Under the pieces are notes generated by a model. The model did not search any database. It was not told the DNA's origin and saw nothing but the letters and a program-made list of their open reading frames with translations. A stretch of 64,000 bases of DNA, from contig JAMWBK010000013.1 of the NCBI GenBank assembly GCA_029953675.1, positions 806,001 to 870,000 on the forward strand, written 5' to 3'. Shown here in pieces: positions 35,430 to 47,007 of the stretch; position 1 is the first letter of the stretch; every line of letters begins with the position of its first letter. The DNA comes from Rhodosorus marinus CCMP1338. Lineage: Eukaryota > Plantae > Rhodophyta. Both the position numbers and the translations under genes were made by a program.

Positions 35430-36119
35430 ATGATGAAGTTGTGTAGTTTAATTTTTGTCACCCTGTTAGGGTTCACAATGGCGGTTCCCTTGATGCAGAA
35501 AATTCATCTTGCGGAGCCGGCAGCCTTCGTTACGGGTGCGGAACCGGCAGCCTTCGTTACGGGTGCGGAGCCAGCAGCCTTCGTTACGGGTGCGGAACCG
35601 GCAGCCTTCGTTACCGGTGCGGAACCGGCAGCCTTCGTTACCGGTGCGGAACCGGCAGCCTTCGTTACCGGTGCGGAACCGGCAGCCTTCGTTACGGGTG
35701 CGGAACCGGCAGCCTTCGTTACCGGTGCGGAGCCGGCAGCCTTCGTTACCGGTGCGGAGCCGGCAGCCTTCGTTACCGGTGCGGAGCCGGCAGCCTTCGT
35801 TACCGGTGCGGAACCGGCAGCCTTCGTTACCGGTGCGGAACCGGCAGCCTTCGTTACCGGTGCGGAGCCGGCAGCCTTCGTTACCGGTGCGGAGCCGGCA
35901 GCCTTCGTTACCGGTGCGGAGCCGGCAGCCTTCGTTACCGGTGCGGAACCGGCAGCCTTCGTTACCGGTGCGGAACCGGCAGCCTTCGTTACGGGTGCGG
36001 AGCCGGCAGCCTCCGTTACGGGTGCGGAACCGGCAGCCTTCGTTACCGGTGCGGAACCGGCAGCCTTCGTTACGGGTGCGGAGCCAGCAGCCTTCGTTAC
36101 GGGTGCGGAGGTAAAGTAG
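35430..36119 (+). CDS. Secreted tandem-repeat peptide precursor-like protein, paralog 2: signal/leader + (AEPAAFVTG)x22 + AEVK
   Basis: Hydrophobic N-terminus MMKLCSLIFVTLLGFTMA shared with the paralog at 3273-3518. The frame is open through the whole array. A TATA-like TTATAA lies ~190 nt upstream in both paralogs. Confidence 0.75.
   Translation: MMKLCSLIFVTLLGFTMAVPLMQKIHLAEPAAFVTGAEPAAFVTGAEPAAFVTGAEPAAFVTGAEPAAFVTGAEPAAFVTGAEPAAFVTGAEPAAFVTGAEPAAFVTGAEPAAFVTGAEPAAFVTGAEPAAFVTGAEPAAFVTGAEPAAFVTGAEPAAFVTGAEPAAFVTGAEPAAFVTGAEPAAFVTGAEPAASVTGAEPAAFVTGAEPAAFVTGAEPAAFVTGAEVK
35511..36104 (+). repeat. 27-bp minisatellite, 22 units (GCGGARCCRGCAGCCTTCGTTACSGGT)
   Basis: Read directly: 594 bp = 22 x 27, no spacers. 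Confidence 0.97.
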
Positions 36120-36329
36120 TGACCCTGAGGAGGAGCCAGCATCCCACGTTCAGGCTGAGTATCCTGCAGCTGGGGTTGAATGAAAATTCCCACACAGAAA
36201 CAATTCGCTGTAATGTTGGATACCCGAGATCGTATGCTCAATAACTTGAACTAGAGTGAATTTTTTAACCAACTGCGCCCGCTTGCTGCAGCCACGTTGC
36301 GCTAGTCTAAGCATATTAAACAAATGCTT

Positions 36330-38280
36330 TCAGTCTAATCCCAGACAAGCGTAACCCTATGTTTTTCCTCGCATAGTCATCGAATTAGTGTTGGGTTACA
36401 TTAGGCAGCACCAGCTTGTGTACTTCGCCGATTGAAGGAACAACGATATTCTGAGAGAATGGCCAGTCTCCCACGTGCAGAGGGCCGGTCTCACAGGTTC
36501 CAGCCTTTTGTTGTGGAGAACTATGGGCATCTAGAAAAGTCGAGCTTGGAATGGCTGCGGAAATGTCTTACTGACCACCCGGTTGAATTTATGGGAGTCC
36601 TATGCCGGTTAAGTGTCGCTCTCTGGCGATATTCTAGAAGTATGCTCGCCGAGGTGCGCCATCGCCGCGTCATCGCCGCCTGAGTTTGCATGCTTTTCTC
36701 CGTAGTTTCTAGTTCCTTCTCACGCCCTGCGTAAACGCTTCAAGCTATGCTAGTAAATCCATCCACGCTTCCCTACCTAGTTGTTAATTCCTTTTCACGC
36801 TTTGCTTAGCGCTTTAGGCTATACTAATAAAACCACCAGTAAATCCATCCAGCAAAGAATGCAGTTCTGTTTGTCTGGGGTAACACCGACCCACTTTTTA
36901 ATTAATTAAGGCTTTATTGTTAGCAAACGTGTACAATCGAAGCGACTCCCTTCACCGACGAAGAGTTTGTCAGACTTGCTGATGCAAATGCCATCCTAGC
37001 ACGTGGCCCTGGAACGTGTTGATGACCAACAAAATGGGCGTGCAGACTCTAGGATGGAAGCTAACCTGATGAATCAAGACACACGCGCGTATACCATGCA
37101 GTGACTGAGGGTTAACCAAGTCTGATGCCTATATAAGCCAAGATCGTTTTGTCATCCTAGTGAGGAAGACTCTGGGAGACATAACAATATAAAAGAAACA
37201 GGCACATGAACACCTAATTTGTCAACATTTATTAGCAAATTGATTAGCGGCTGACCTGACTGTAGAAGGTATTGATCGAGCACGAGTCTGGTTTGCAGCC
37301 TGGTATGGGAGCAGGACCTGGTTGCCAGACATGCCCACAACTGGCACGAGGAAGCTGTAGCGACGAGAAACGATGTGTAGCATTCGGATGCTCCTTGGGC
37401 TCCCTTTACCTGGGCTTCGCTGGGAGTTCACGCAAGATGTTTAAAAAACCGTCCCAGAAACCACTGTAGCTAGACATTGAGTGTTGGATGCTCTATATAG
37501 GGTTGTGCCAAGAGGGTCGGGTTTTTTGCTGTTTACGACCCGGAAGTGGGTAAAATTCCCTGTGTAGCCCAGGCAAAGGGAGTCCTAGGAGCATTCGAAT
37601 ACTACACATCATTTCTCATCCCTACAGCTTCCTCGTGCCAGTTGTGGGCAACTCTGGCAACTAGGCCGTGCTCCCATACTAGGCTGCAAAACCAGACTTG
37701 TGCTCGATCAATACCTTCTACCGTCGGATCAGCGACTAGTTCCTCAAAGCGTGTCGGTGTAATCCCAGACAAACAGAACTGCATTCTTTACTGGATGGAT
37801 TTACTAGCATAGTTTGGAGCGTTACGCAGGGCGTGAGAGGGAACTAGAAACTAGGGAGAAAAGCGTGCAAACTCAGGCGGCGATGACGCGGCGATGGCGC
37901 GCTTCGGCGAGCATGCTGATAGAATATCGCCAGAGAGCGACACTTAACCGGCATAGGACTCTTATAAATTCAATCAACACATTCAGTAACCAACAGGTCA
38001 GTAAGACATTTCCGCAGCAATGCCAAGCGGGACTTTTCTGGATGCCCAAAGCTTTCCACAATAATAGGCTGGAACCTGTGAGAACGGTCAGTGCAGTGGC
38101 ACAGGGGAGACTGGCCATATGCTCTCAGCATGCAGTCTTTCCTTCAATCGGCGAAGTACACAAACTGTTGCTGCCTAATGGAAACCAGCACTAATTCGAT
38201 CATTGCGCAAGCAGAAGTATGGAACTCCATACTTCTGCTCTAGCCCAGACAAACGTAACTACGTTTGTCTGGGCTAGACT
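36330..38280. repeat. ~2-kb imperfect foldback: arms 36330-36900 vs 37745-38280 (each with a family A 3' end) and 37240-37430 vs 37556-37740
   Basis: Arms are reverse complements, for example aaatccatccagcaaagaatgcagttctgtttgtctggg vs cccagacaaacagaactgcattctttactggatggattt. Confidence 0.8.
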
Positions 38281-38688
38281 GGTTGTGGTGGCTGGCGGTG
38301 GTGGTGGCTAGACTGAATCAATAGTATTTGGTTTGGTTGTTGGGGTGCGATGGTTACCCATCGAAATAAATTGCGGGTGCGTCAGCGAAATGAACGGCTG
38401 TTGTCTCATCGAATGAATGTTTCTCAGCGTTATCTTTCCCGTTTCTCACCGCATGTAAGTTCTTAACGAAATGGTTTGGAGCATTAGTGTGTGAAGGTTG
38501 GAGCGTCCCGAGCCTGCCTCTTTCGAATTGTGTTGATTATCTACGTGCGCCATAAGCCTCAATTCAGGAAAATTGATTTCTAGTTAAGTGGACGCACTTC
38601 TAAATGAACGCAGATTTTCTTGCGAACCGGCGACAGGTGATCAAGATACTATTCACATCCAACAATCAGCGTGTGCTCACTTGAAGAT

Positions 38689-41600
38689 CTACAGTTTCTC
38701 CTTGCACGCACACACGGTCTCGCTTTCCGTGACAAACGCGAATTCCTTGGTGCGCACGACCGTAGGATATTGAGGTGAGTTGCGAAGCGACGGAACCAGG
38801 CGAGCACGTGGTAGAAGAGTGCGCAATGCGGGTGCGGGAAGACTTACCCCAAGGCCTGTACTCATAGGACATCGGTCACCCAGAACCCTATCAGTGTGGT
38901 TGCAAGTTCCGGGGCCGCGACAAACCACGTTGTAGCATCGATTTGCTTCAAAACCGGTCTCACAAGTACACTTGCTTGGATCGCTCACATCCTCAACGAC
39001 CGTCTGCATATAAACAAAGAGGAAAATGAGAATGTCAGAAGGCGGCACCAACACCGGAGCGCACAAACCTCTCTTCCAAACGCCTCCATTGCCTTCTTAT
39101 TCACACTTACTCCAAGACGTGCTCTGTCGTGACAAGTATCACCAGGATTCGCATATGCGGCGATAGTAGTACCTGACGGACCACCGGAGCCCTCGCTCAG
39201 TTTGAATCGATAACTGCATTGCTGCGTCGCGCATGTGCATTCGCCCGGATTGTCACCCGGAGTGAGAAGCTGGTTTCGAAAACGAGCGGTTGATGAAACA
39301 TTAGTCAGCGGAGATGTCTCCTACTTCCCCCTGGTCTAAAGAGCATCGGTTTTGCATACTCCTGTGCTATCCCCATCGGTCTTTGGCACACAGATGTCTC
39401 CAATTTTGCCTTGCTGTGGCGAGCATCCCGCAATTCCAGCCGGACAATCAATGTTGACACACTTTTGCGTGCATTTACAATTGCCCCGCTGGTCCACAGT
39501 GATGACCTTCGCATCCGGAAGAAGACAGAAAACACAAAACCGTACGTGAGCTTTTGAGGCTTTGGCCTTTCCTTGAACCTTCACTGTCAAGCATACAACC
39601 AAACAAAAAAAAAAAAGACTCACCCCGTTTCCGTTATCGCAGGGTTCTCCAAACTCGCCCTCAAAAGTCTCACAGCCATCTCCTTCGCAGCTTGATAGAG
39701 TGCACTTATCAAGCCGGCAGCGACAGGAAATGAAATCTCCCGGATGGGATTCAACCACCACCTGTATTCCGAATACAGGAACGTTTCCTGAAAGCTCAGT
39801 CTAGATCTTTTTCTCGGTTCTCTTATCGCCGGAGATCGCATGTATCGAGGTACTCACGCCTGCCAACGGACCGACAGCACATCCATAACCGGGAATGCCA
39901 TCAAGAGCACCATTAGTTGTTTTCTGATTGCAAGAATTTTCGCACCTGCATAATCCTCCACCGCTTGCTCGCTTAAGAGTCTTCCAAAACGGTAAAACAA
40001 ACCAAGCAGGAAAGAAAGGGGAGGTTAAGTAGGTCATGACCTTCGTCCATTCCTCAAGAAAGCGCGACCATCATCTAACGTACCAGGGTCTGAAGGTAGT
40101 CGCTAATACACTCTTCCCCAACAGGAATACATCCAGCATCGCGATGGTAACATTGTGAGCTCGGACAGTCCTCGACGGACTGACAGAAACACACTCCTTC
40201 ATCCCCAACGACCCCCGTAGCGACCTAACCCAAGCCAATTAAGGAAATAGAAAAGCAGGAGGACAAGGCAGCGGTCAGTAGATGTGAAACGGATTCGACT
40301 GCAACCCTAGGCACAACACGTGTTTGGCCAAGTGAACTGACCCCTTCAATCGAGCCCTCTTGAAGGGTGCACCTTTCGCCAGTGTAAGTGTCACAGTTTC
40401 TCGTGCACTCGGGACTCTGCAGGGTGCACTGAATCGCGCAAGCACACGCGCCGGAATGCTTGTCCTGGACCAGGTTCTATGCAAAGAGACAAACATTGCT
40501 CCTCCATAAGACGCAAGAAACATCCCCTCGCCCCTCAACATGTTGAACATCTTTTCGGGAGGCCCTACCCCGCTTCCAAAATCTTCAGTGCAACTATCTC
40601 CAGCGCTTTGGCCGGTGAACTTACAGCCAAGGACTCCCGGCGGACACTGACAAGTTCTTGTTTGTTGACATTCACAATCATACTCTCCCACAGGTTCTGC
40701 GAGCGGCAAGAGCACCTGTGGCAAAGGTGGAAGCGACCTCGGTTCAACTCTCAAAACAATCACGCTCGAGAGAAAGACCGTGGCAAGATCCCTACTCCGG
40801 ACGCATCCCAGTTTGTACAGGAGTTCCTATAGGGCTCATCCTGTATAGCCCTCGGATAACTACGACTATCATCAAGTGTGGAGTTCCGCTCGTAGTTGCA
40901 TTGATTATTGATTTCAAGGGCCGGTGCACAGTAGCAGATCCCTTCGTCCTTCTCAAGGAGAACCTGCAGAAGGGAAACAAACATATCATTTTTGTCCTTC
41001 CCTTAGCAAATTGTGTCAAGAGCAGTTGCCATGCTTCCGCGGGAACTTCTTTACCCCTTCAACAGATCCATCAACACCCACCACTGTGGAGCTACACGCT
41101 TGACCGCCATATCCTTTGGCTACACACTCCGGACAACCCAAGGGGTCAGGAATGTACTCGCACGGTGCAGTACATGAGCACTAGGGGGTCCGCATTCAAA
41201 GCAAAGAGAAAGAGTGAGGATACGTGGGCCAGTTTCTCAAGCTCGTGTTTGGGGAGCTGAGCGGCTTACGAATCTCATGCCTGGTCGGTAGGCCCCGTCG
41301 GGAAGCGCCAGCACGACCTGGAAGTTTGGAGACACGTCCAGGGACGAATTGGTGAGATTGCCTTATCGCAGACACTTCTTTGGAACAAATTCTTCTGCAA
41401 TTTGTTTTCATATCTTGCTCTTACCCCAGGGGCTCCCGCCGCGCTCGTACAGACCTGTCCCGCTATCGAGTTGTAGACTTCGATATCCGTGGCAAGGCTA
41501 TCTGAGACCACCGTGCACGTCAGCCCACCCAACTCCTCACAGCTACATTGATTAGTGGTCGTCCCGAGTACACGTTTCACCGTCCCGAACTCGCCACACG

Positions 41601-42596
41601 CATCTCCTGGGTACAGCTCTTCGCAGTCTGGCTGTCCAGCTAACCCGCAAGAGTCGAAGGTACACTGCGCAGGTTCCTCGCACGGTTGGCATACACAGTC
41701 GGCAGTGACTTTAGAACCTTTTTGGAGGGTCTAATCACGAAACGAGAACGAGGTTAGGATACTTTCCCTGAAACCAACACATCCGTGCGAGTTCCCAAAC
41801 TCACTCCAAGGTCTCCGAAATGATCACATGATTCGTTGATCCGCGCATTCCTCAAGGTGCAGTCGATCGGTGCTACCAAAGACCCCACATGGGGACAGGT
41901 AGAGACGATGCAGGTTCCTCCAGAGATACCAGTCTCGTCCAATGGGCACCCGCTGCAGGTGAAATCCATCTCACAGATCCTTTGCTTTGTGCCCGCCCTT
42001 CGTTTGCAAAAGGCCGTAACGCTGGTACCACCTGAGGGATGGACAGTCATTTGCTTTGGGACATTGCCAGCGTAAGTCGTCGGACCGACTACAGCGGTCC
42101 ACATGACAATGATCCCGTCACGGCAACAGTCGCGATCGATCTCATCGAGCGCCAATACGAGGGTATGCTTTTCGACCTCCTTCGGGAATGATTCGCTCGT
42201 AGCGTACGCTTCATCAAAGTCTGTCGGGATTTCATCTTCCGTGGCATAAACGCCGCCGCGGACTTGCGTGAATCCAAAACCAATATCATCAATTTTAAAC
42301 CTAAGTTCAACCTTGTCCCCGTCTTCATTCAGCGCTACGCAGACCCGTCCCATCCGCCTTGGGACGCCGGATAGGTCGAATCCGGCAATGCGCTTTCGCC
42401 TCAACAGAGGCCGACATTTTTTAGTACTCGTCGAGTCCACTCCAAGCCTCACTAGACCCGCCCTTGACAGGGATGCTGCACAAGATACCCCATCCGTCTC
42501 CCTTACCGAAGCCTTCAACGATACAGGAGAAGCATAGCATAACCCCACAAACAGCGAAACCACAACGCCTATCCGCAGATTCCTCATCCCCATCAT
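38689..42596 (-). CDS. Large multi-exon secreted Cys-rich repeat protein (signal peptide, ~200-aa N-terminal domain, then repeated C-x(5-6)-C..GD-x-C..CxC modules); exon structure only partly resolved
   Basis: MRNLRIGVVVSLFVGLCYA signal. Successive ORF pieces CPHVGSLVAPIDC..ESC, CPPGVLGCKFTGQSAGDSC, CPAGIAGCSPQQGKIGDIC and CRGPGTCNHTDRVLGDRC are separated by GT-AG introns. Confidence 0.7.
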
Positions 42597-43049
42597 TTTC
42601 TCTCGCCCATCCACCAACCAGCTCGCTACCGGCCGCCTTGACTTTTGCACGCTTTCGTTCCGCGTTCCTAGCTTGTATTACGCCCTTCGTAGCGCGTAAA
42701 ACCACCAACCAGATCAGAATAACGATAGCGAAAGTGACGTCCCTCGTCCTAATCCAAACCGCTTCCTAACACCCGGCGAACGAGTGGCTAAGTAGTAACA
42801 TTTTCATGTTTCCAGCAGACAGACCCATTCTCCTCACAACTCAATCACAGATCCTAATCCTAACCAATTGCAAGTAAAACCGTTATTATTCGTCTGGCAA
42901 AAAAGTATAAAAAAGAGTAAAATGGAAACGACTTTGGGGGGGGGGGGGTATCCAGCTCCCGCACGTGCAGAGACCAAATAAAAATTAAAAACTTGGCCTG
43001 TTAATGTAGAATTCCTTACCAAATCACTTCTCTAAAATGAAATTTGCTT

Positions 43050-43320
43050 AATCGGAGAGTGACGAAAAAATCACGAGGGGAAACAAAGATGAAGCAAAGC
43101 GAAGCGAAGATCGCCAGCCTCTCCTATGTCAAAATCATTAGGTGCGGCACAGCAAGAAACTAACTAAAAACGGGTAAACAACGAGGGAAGACGGTCAGGG
43201 CGTTCGCGGAACAACTCCTCAAGCCAAGGAGAGGGAACCCAATGGGAATCCATAAAACTCAAAGCACTCAAACGACCGTCTAAATCGTGACGGGTTGCCG
43301 CAAAAACGACTACACAAAAA
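43050..43320 (-). mobile_element. Old, diverged family C 3' stub
   Basis: ..WLEELFRERPDRLPSLFTRF.. and a degenerate C terminus. Confidence 0.65.
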
Positions 43321-44649
43321 GAATAAAAAGCGACAGGCGTTGGGTTGGAGTTTGGGACGGACACAGTCGAGCCAAAGACAGATTTAAAAAAAAAACAATT
43401 ACCAGGAGCCCGAGAAAAGAGAAACGGAGACGGTGACAGTTTGGTTCAGTAGATGCAATGAAGAGGATGTTACTTACGGTTCAACATCGTGGCGACACAG
43501 ATTTTGCGGTCGACCTATAATCCTCATGATTATGGAAGTCATACGTGACGATACAAGCGCGATTCCTAACCTGATCTATATTCACCACCGAGAAACACTA
43601 TGGCAGCCTTGGACGAAAATTCTTCACTCACTCCATGTGGGACTCAAATCCTGTACGCGCCCGTGTTTCCGGGGGTGGAGCGGCTCTTCCCCTCCCAGCA
43701 AACACAAACACAAAAATTCCATTCGATTGGTAAGTAACGGGAACATCTCAAAAAGGCCGTTGGGGGAGCGGCCGGTCCTTCCCCCCCCCCCCACCCCAAC
43801 CAACAGAGACTAAAGAAAGGAAAAGCGCTCTTTCAGTCAAACAATATCAGTCAACAACTAAGTCAGTAAGAGTAGAAAGCGGAGATTTTTTTAATTGATG
43901 GTGTTACTCCCAAAAAGAACGTTGGGAGCGGGCAGGGATGATAAAGCCAATCAAAGACTACGAAACAAAAGCAAGTAACAGCCCGAGGACCGCTGAGCAT
44001 TTTCACTCCCCCCCAGAGAGCTCTTTTTGACCCTCAGGTTTACTGGAGAACTAACAACCCCCGCAGGTGGGCTTCGCGAAATGTTGTGTGGTCCCGCGGA
44101 CCGGCTTTCGCCGGTGGTGCTAACCTGTGCCCTGTTGTGGCCTATGAACGCAAGCGGCTTTGATGTTGGAGGCGAGTGATCTTCGGCTTCAGTGGTCAAC
44201 CCCTAGCGTAACCCCAGCAGAATTATTAGCGAACTACGATTGTAGGGTTTACCTTGTAAGGGAAACCCGACAAGAAAACTACTCGAATTTATTCGCCTTC
44301 AAAGGATTGCGAACAGGCTGGCATGATTTCGTGGCAAGTTTTGCGGCCTAAGAATCTTAGCGAGAAGGTTGGAATCGCCGGTGTGGCCGCTAATTGCTGG
44401 GTGGCAAAGGGGACATCAAAACAGTTGTGAGCTATTTACGGTGTCTCATGATCGTGTGTAGCAAAATCCTGATTGAGAGAATGCTTTCTCTCAATCAGGA
44501 TTTTGACTTGTCTCCAGACTCTCTGTGCTATCATCTGTTTCTTCAGACTTCAGTCTTATCTTTGCCGAACGATCTAAAGATTTTCAGAACTCGTCCATCC
44601 ATTCCTCGGATTCACCTTCTCCGTGCTCGATTCTGCACCAGCACTAATG

Positions 44650-46510
44650 TCCAGCCTTGAATATACCCTTGTCACCTTGTAGGCGACACCAGTTGCAGTT
44701 TTCTGCTCAAACAAGTCCAACTATCGATTCTTGTTTCTTCATTGACTTGATGCCTCGCTATTCTCGCTTTGTGACATCCTCGTCATTCTCGATATGGAAC
44801 TTCCTTTCTTCAAGCAGGGATATCCATTCATGGACAGAAACAGTTCCTAAATTTATTGGAACTTTCCTTGAACATGTTTCTCATTCCCAAATTTGTTGGA
44901 ACTTTTCTTGCACATTTTGTAATGCTTCATTACCGCGCAGCTTTTCTACATATGTTTTCTAGTGCTTCAGTATAGCTCTATTTCGTCAGCGCGACCAGTG
45001 TTGGTTTCTCATCGTGTTCCATAGCAGCGTTTCAACATCTTTCAACAAGCATTTTGACCATTCGTTTAATAGTCAGCGAGCTTTCACTCAGCTACCGCTT
45101 TTCTCTTGCTTGCAATTCTTTCCATCGACTGCCTCGTGGTTATGTCGATATTCTGCGTTTTATTCATTCATTGAAGAAATGCTTTCCTTCGACTGCCTCC
45201 TGGGTATCATAAAACTTGCTCCAGGGTATGTCGGTATTCTGCGCTTAGATCAAGCTTGGTTATTAGTATGAGTGTGACATTCAAGCGGACGATTTCTACA
45301 GGGATTTCCGGCTGAGCCATATCACATGAGCTCAAAAGCCCGACCAAAGCTCGAACCTGAACTCCACCCAAAACTGCGCAGGCGCACTGCCCGTTTCGCA
45401 AGGCAGAGAGTCGAAAAGACCGTACTATAAAAAAAAACTGTAAAAAACCGCCGCCAGGACCACTCCTGTTTTGCTTTGTTTTTGTTTTCTCGACTACCGT
45501 TTCTAGCATGATATTCTCTTATGAATCCAATCACTGTAAAGCGCTTCTGCATTTGTGCTGTCACCTAAATGTTTCATGTAATAACCGGTCTGCTCCAAAA
45601 ATAGTGCATCGTTCTCCCGCTCGTTTGAGTCATCGGCAACCTCCTGCACAATAAGTTCCGCGATCTTTTCAAAAGTTTCCCGTCAGTCCGTAGGCGCAGT
45701 TACGACCATAGTTCCAAAAAGATTGGCTTCGCCCTCAGTTACGCGAACAGTTTTCGCTGCTGAAGCTATCTGGTAAATCACGAGGGATTCTATCAAGTCC
45801 TCCTATTTCGCAAAGAGCACCATTCTCACCTTCGCCCTCAGTTACGCGAACAATTTCGCTGCTGAAGGTAGGGTTAATCACAATGGATTCGATGAAGTCT
45901 TATTTCGAAAGAGCACCATTCTCAGTCTTCCGACTTCAACTTCTCCAGGTTGGTGCAATATTTATTCCTGTACATTATGTCTCTGGAGTTGCGACGCCGC
46001 GGCGTCGTCATCATGACGGCTACTAAACTCTCCTTTCATCGTCCAACTAATAGGCGGTCAGTCTGTGAGAAACCAAGTCAGTCGACATCGTGAATGATTG
46101 ACATGGGGTCAATAATTTACTCGTGCTTCAGTCAACACCAGAGTGTTCGTGTAAACTGCCCGCGGTGGTTTTCACTGTCATCCGGATGCAATTGGAAAAA
46201 CATAGTCCATGTTCTCCGCCTAGCGCAATCTTTGTCTCCTTCCTCCCAGGGGTCTTTGCAGCCATGCTTCACCCGAGTTCGTGGCTCTCCGCGCCCGAAT
46301 GGCCGTCAGCATCAGTGCTCAATTGCGAACTTCACCTCTGCTTTGCCCAAGGACTCCCACCACCCGTTGACCTTCTCCGTACCCTCCAGTCCCGGTTCTC
46401 CGGGAACACCCTGTCGTCAAAACCTTCTAATCTCCAAGGGAACAATTTCACCGCCGGCTTGCCTTCCAGCATGCTGGTCCCTAACGTAACCCCAGACTTT
46501 TGGATTGTCC
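44650..46510 (-). pseudogene. Possible decayed gag-like (LTR-retrotransposon) coding relic
   Basis: Stop-riddled but protein-like minus-strand translation (WEEGDKDC..RTLW.LK; ETFEKIAELIVQEV; CNWC) loosely resembling copia gag patterns. Weak evidence. Confidence 0.25.
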
Positions 46511-47007
46511 ATCCATTAGTCTGGCGTCAGGACTCCTTTTTCTGCCACTCGTGGACAGAACAACCAAATCAAGTTCAATCCTGCCCTAAATAGTCCAAGG
46601 TACTAAAACTAGAATAGTGGAATGATCCAGTACGAACGCACTAATTATAGCTCCACTGTCAGCAAGAGGCGAGCAGAGGTTGGTATGTAAACCGTCTCGA
46701 AGGGATTCCGCTGGAGACTTGTAAGAAAAACGGTCGAAACTAAACCTTAGCAAGATCTAGACCATTCCGAAGAGGGCCCAACAGGGGCATACGCGCCCTA
46801 CCATAATCCTGGATATAGTTGACACTTCAGTCGCTTGATTGAGTTTGAATGAAGGAAGGCAAGAAACGAGCAGGAACAACTTGATGCAGGTTGCGAGTAT
46901 CCATTTTCCGGGTTTCTTTGAAGGCAGAGTGGATGGATAAATCTGGGTTTGTAGTGGGCCTCCATGGTGGTGTGCCTGGAGCAAGGAGGAGCCTTAAAGT
47001 AGCAAAG

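Larger units (their letters stand above)
30600..36119 (+). repeat. Right arm of the inverted segmental duplication (partner 3273-6330), interrupted by the family C insertion at 31674-34258
   Basis: Removing the insertion and one TSD restores ggtacatttc..attttcaatagaaaaaaaacgagggg, which matches the reverse complement of ~4010-4070. Confidence 0.8.

Noticed and set aside
35511-36104. 27-bp array as a CRISPR array
   Set aside because: Units are contiguous with no spacers, there are no cas genes, the context is eukaryotic, and the array lies in frame in an ORF.
36111-36129. 19-nt GT..AG intron that would extend the peptide ORF (EEPASHVQAEYPAAGVE)
   Set aside because: Far shorter than the other introns in this window (~75-190 nt); unsupported without RNA data.
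35504-36241. Antisense ORF (APVTKAAGS)n and alternate frame (VRNRQPSLP)n as genes
   Set aside because: They are open only because the unit has no stops. The silent changes are also silent in the antisense frame, so they do not discriminate, but only the AEPAAFVTG frame has a signal peptide and a paralog.
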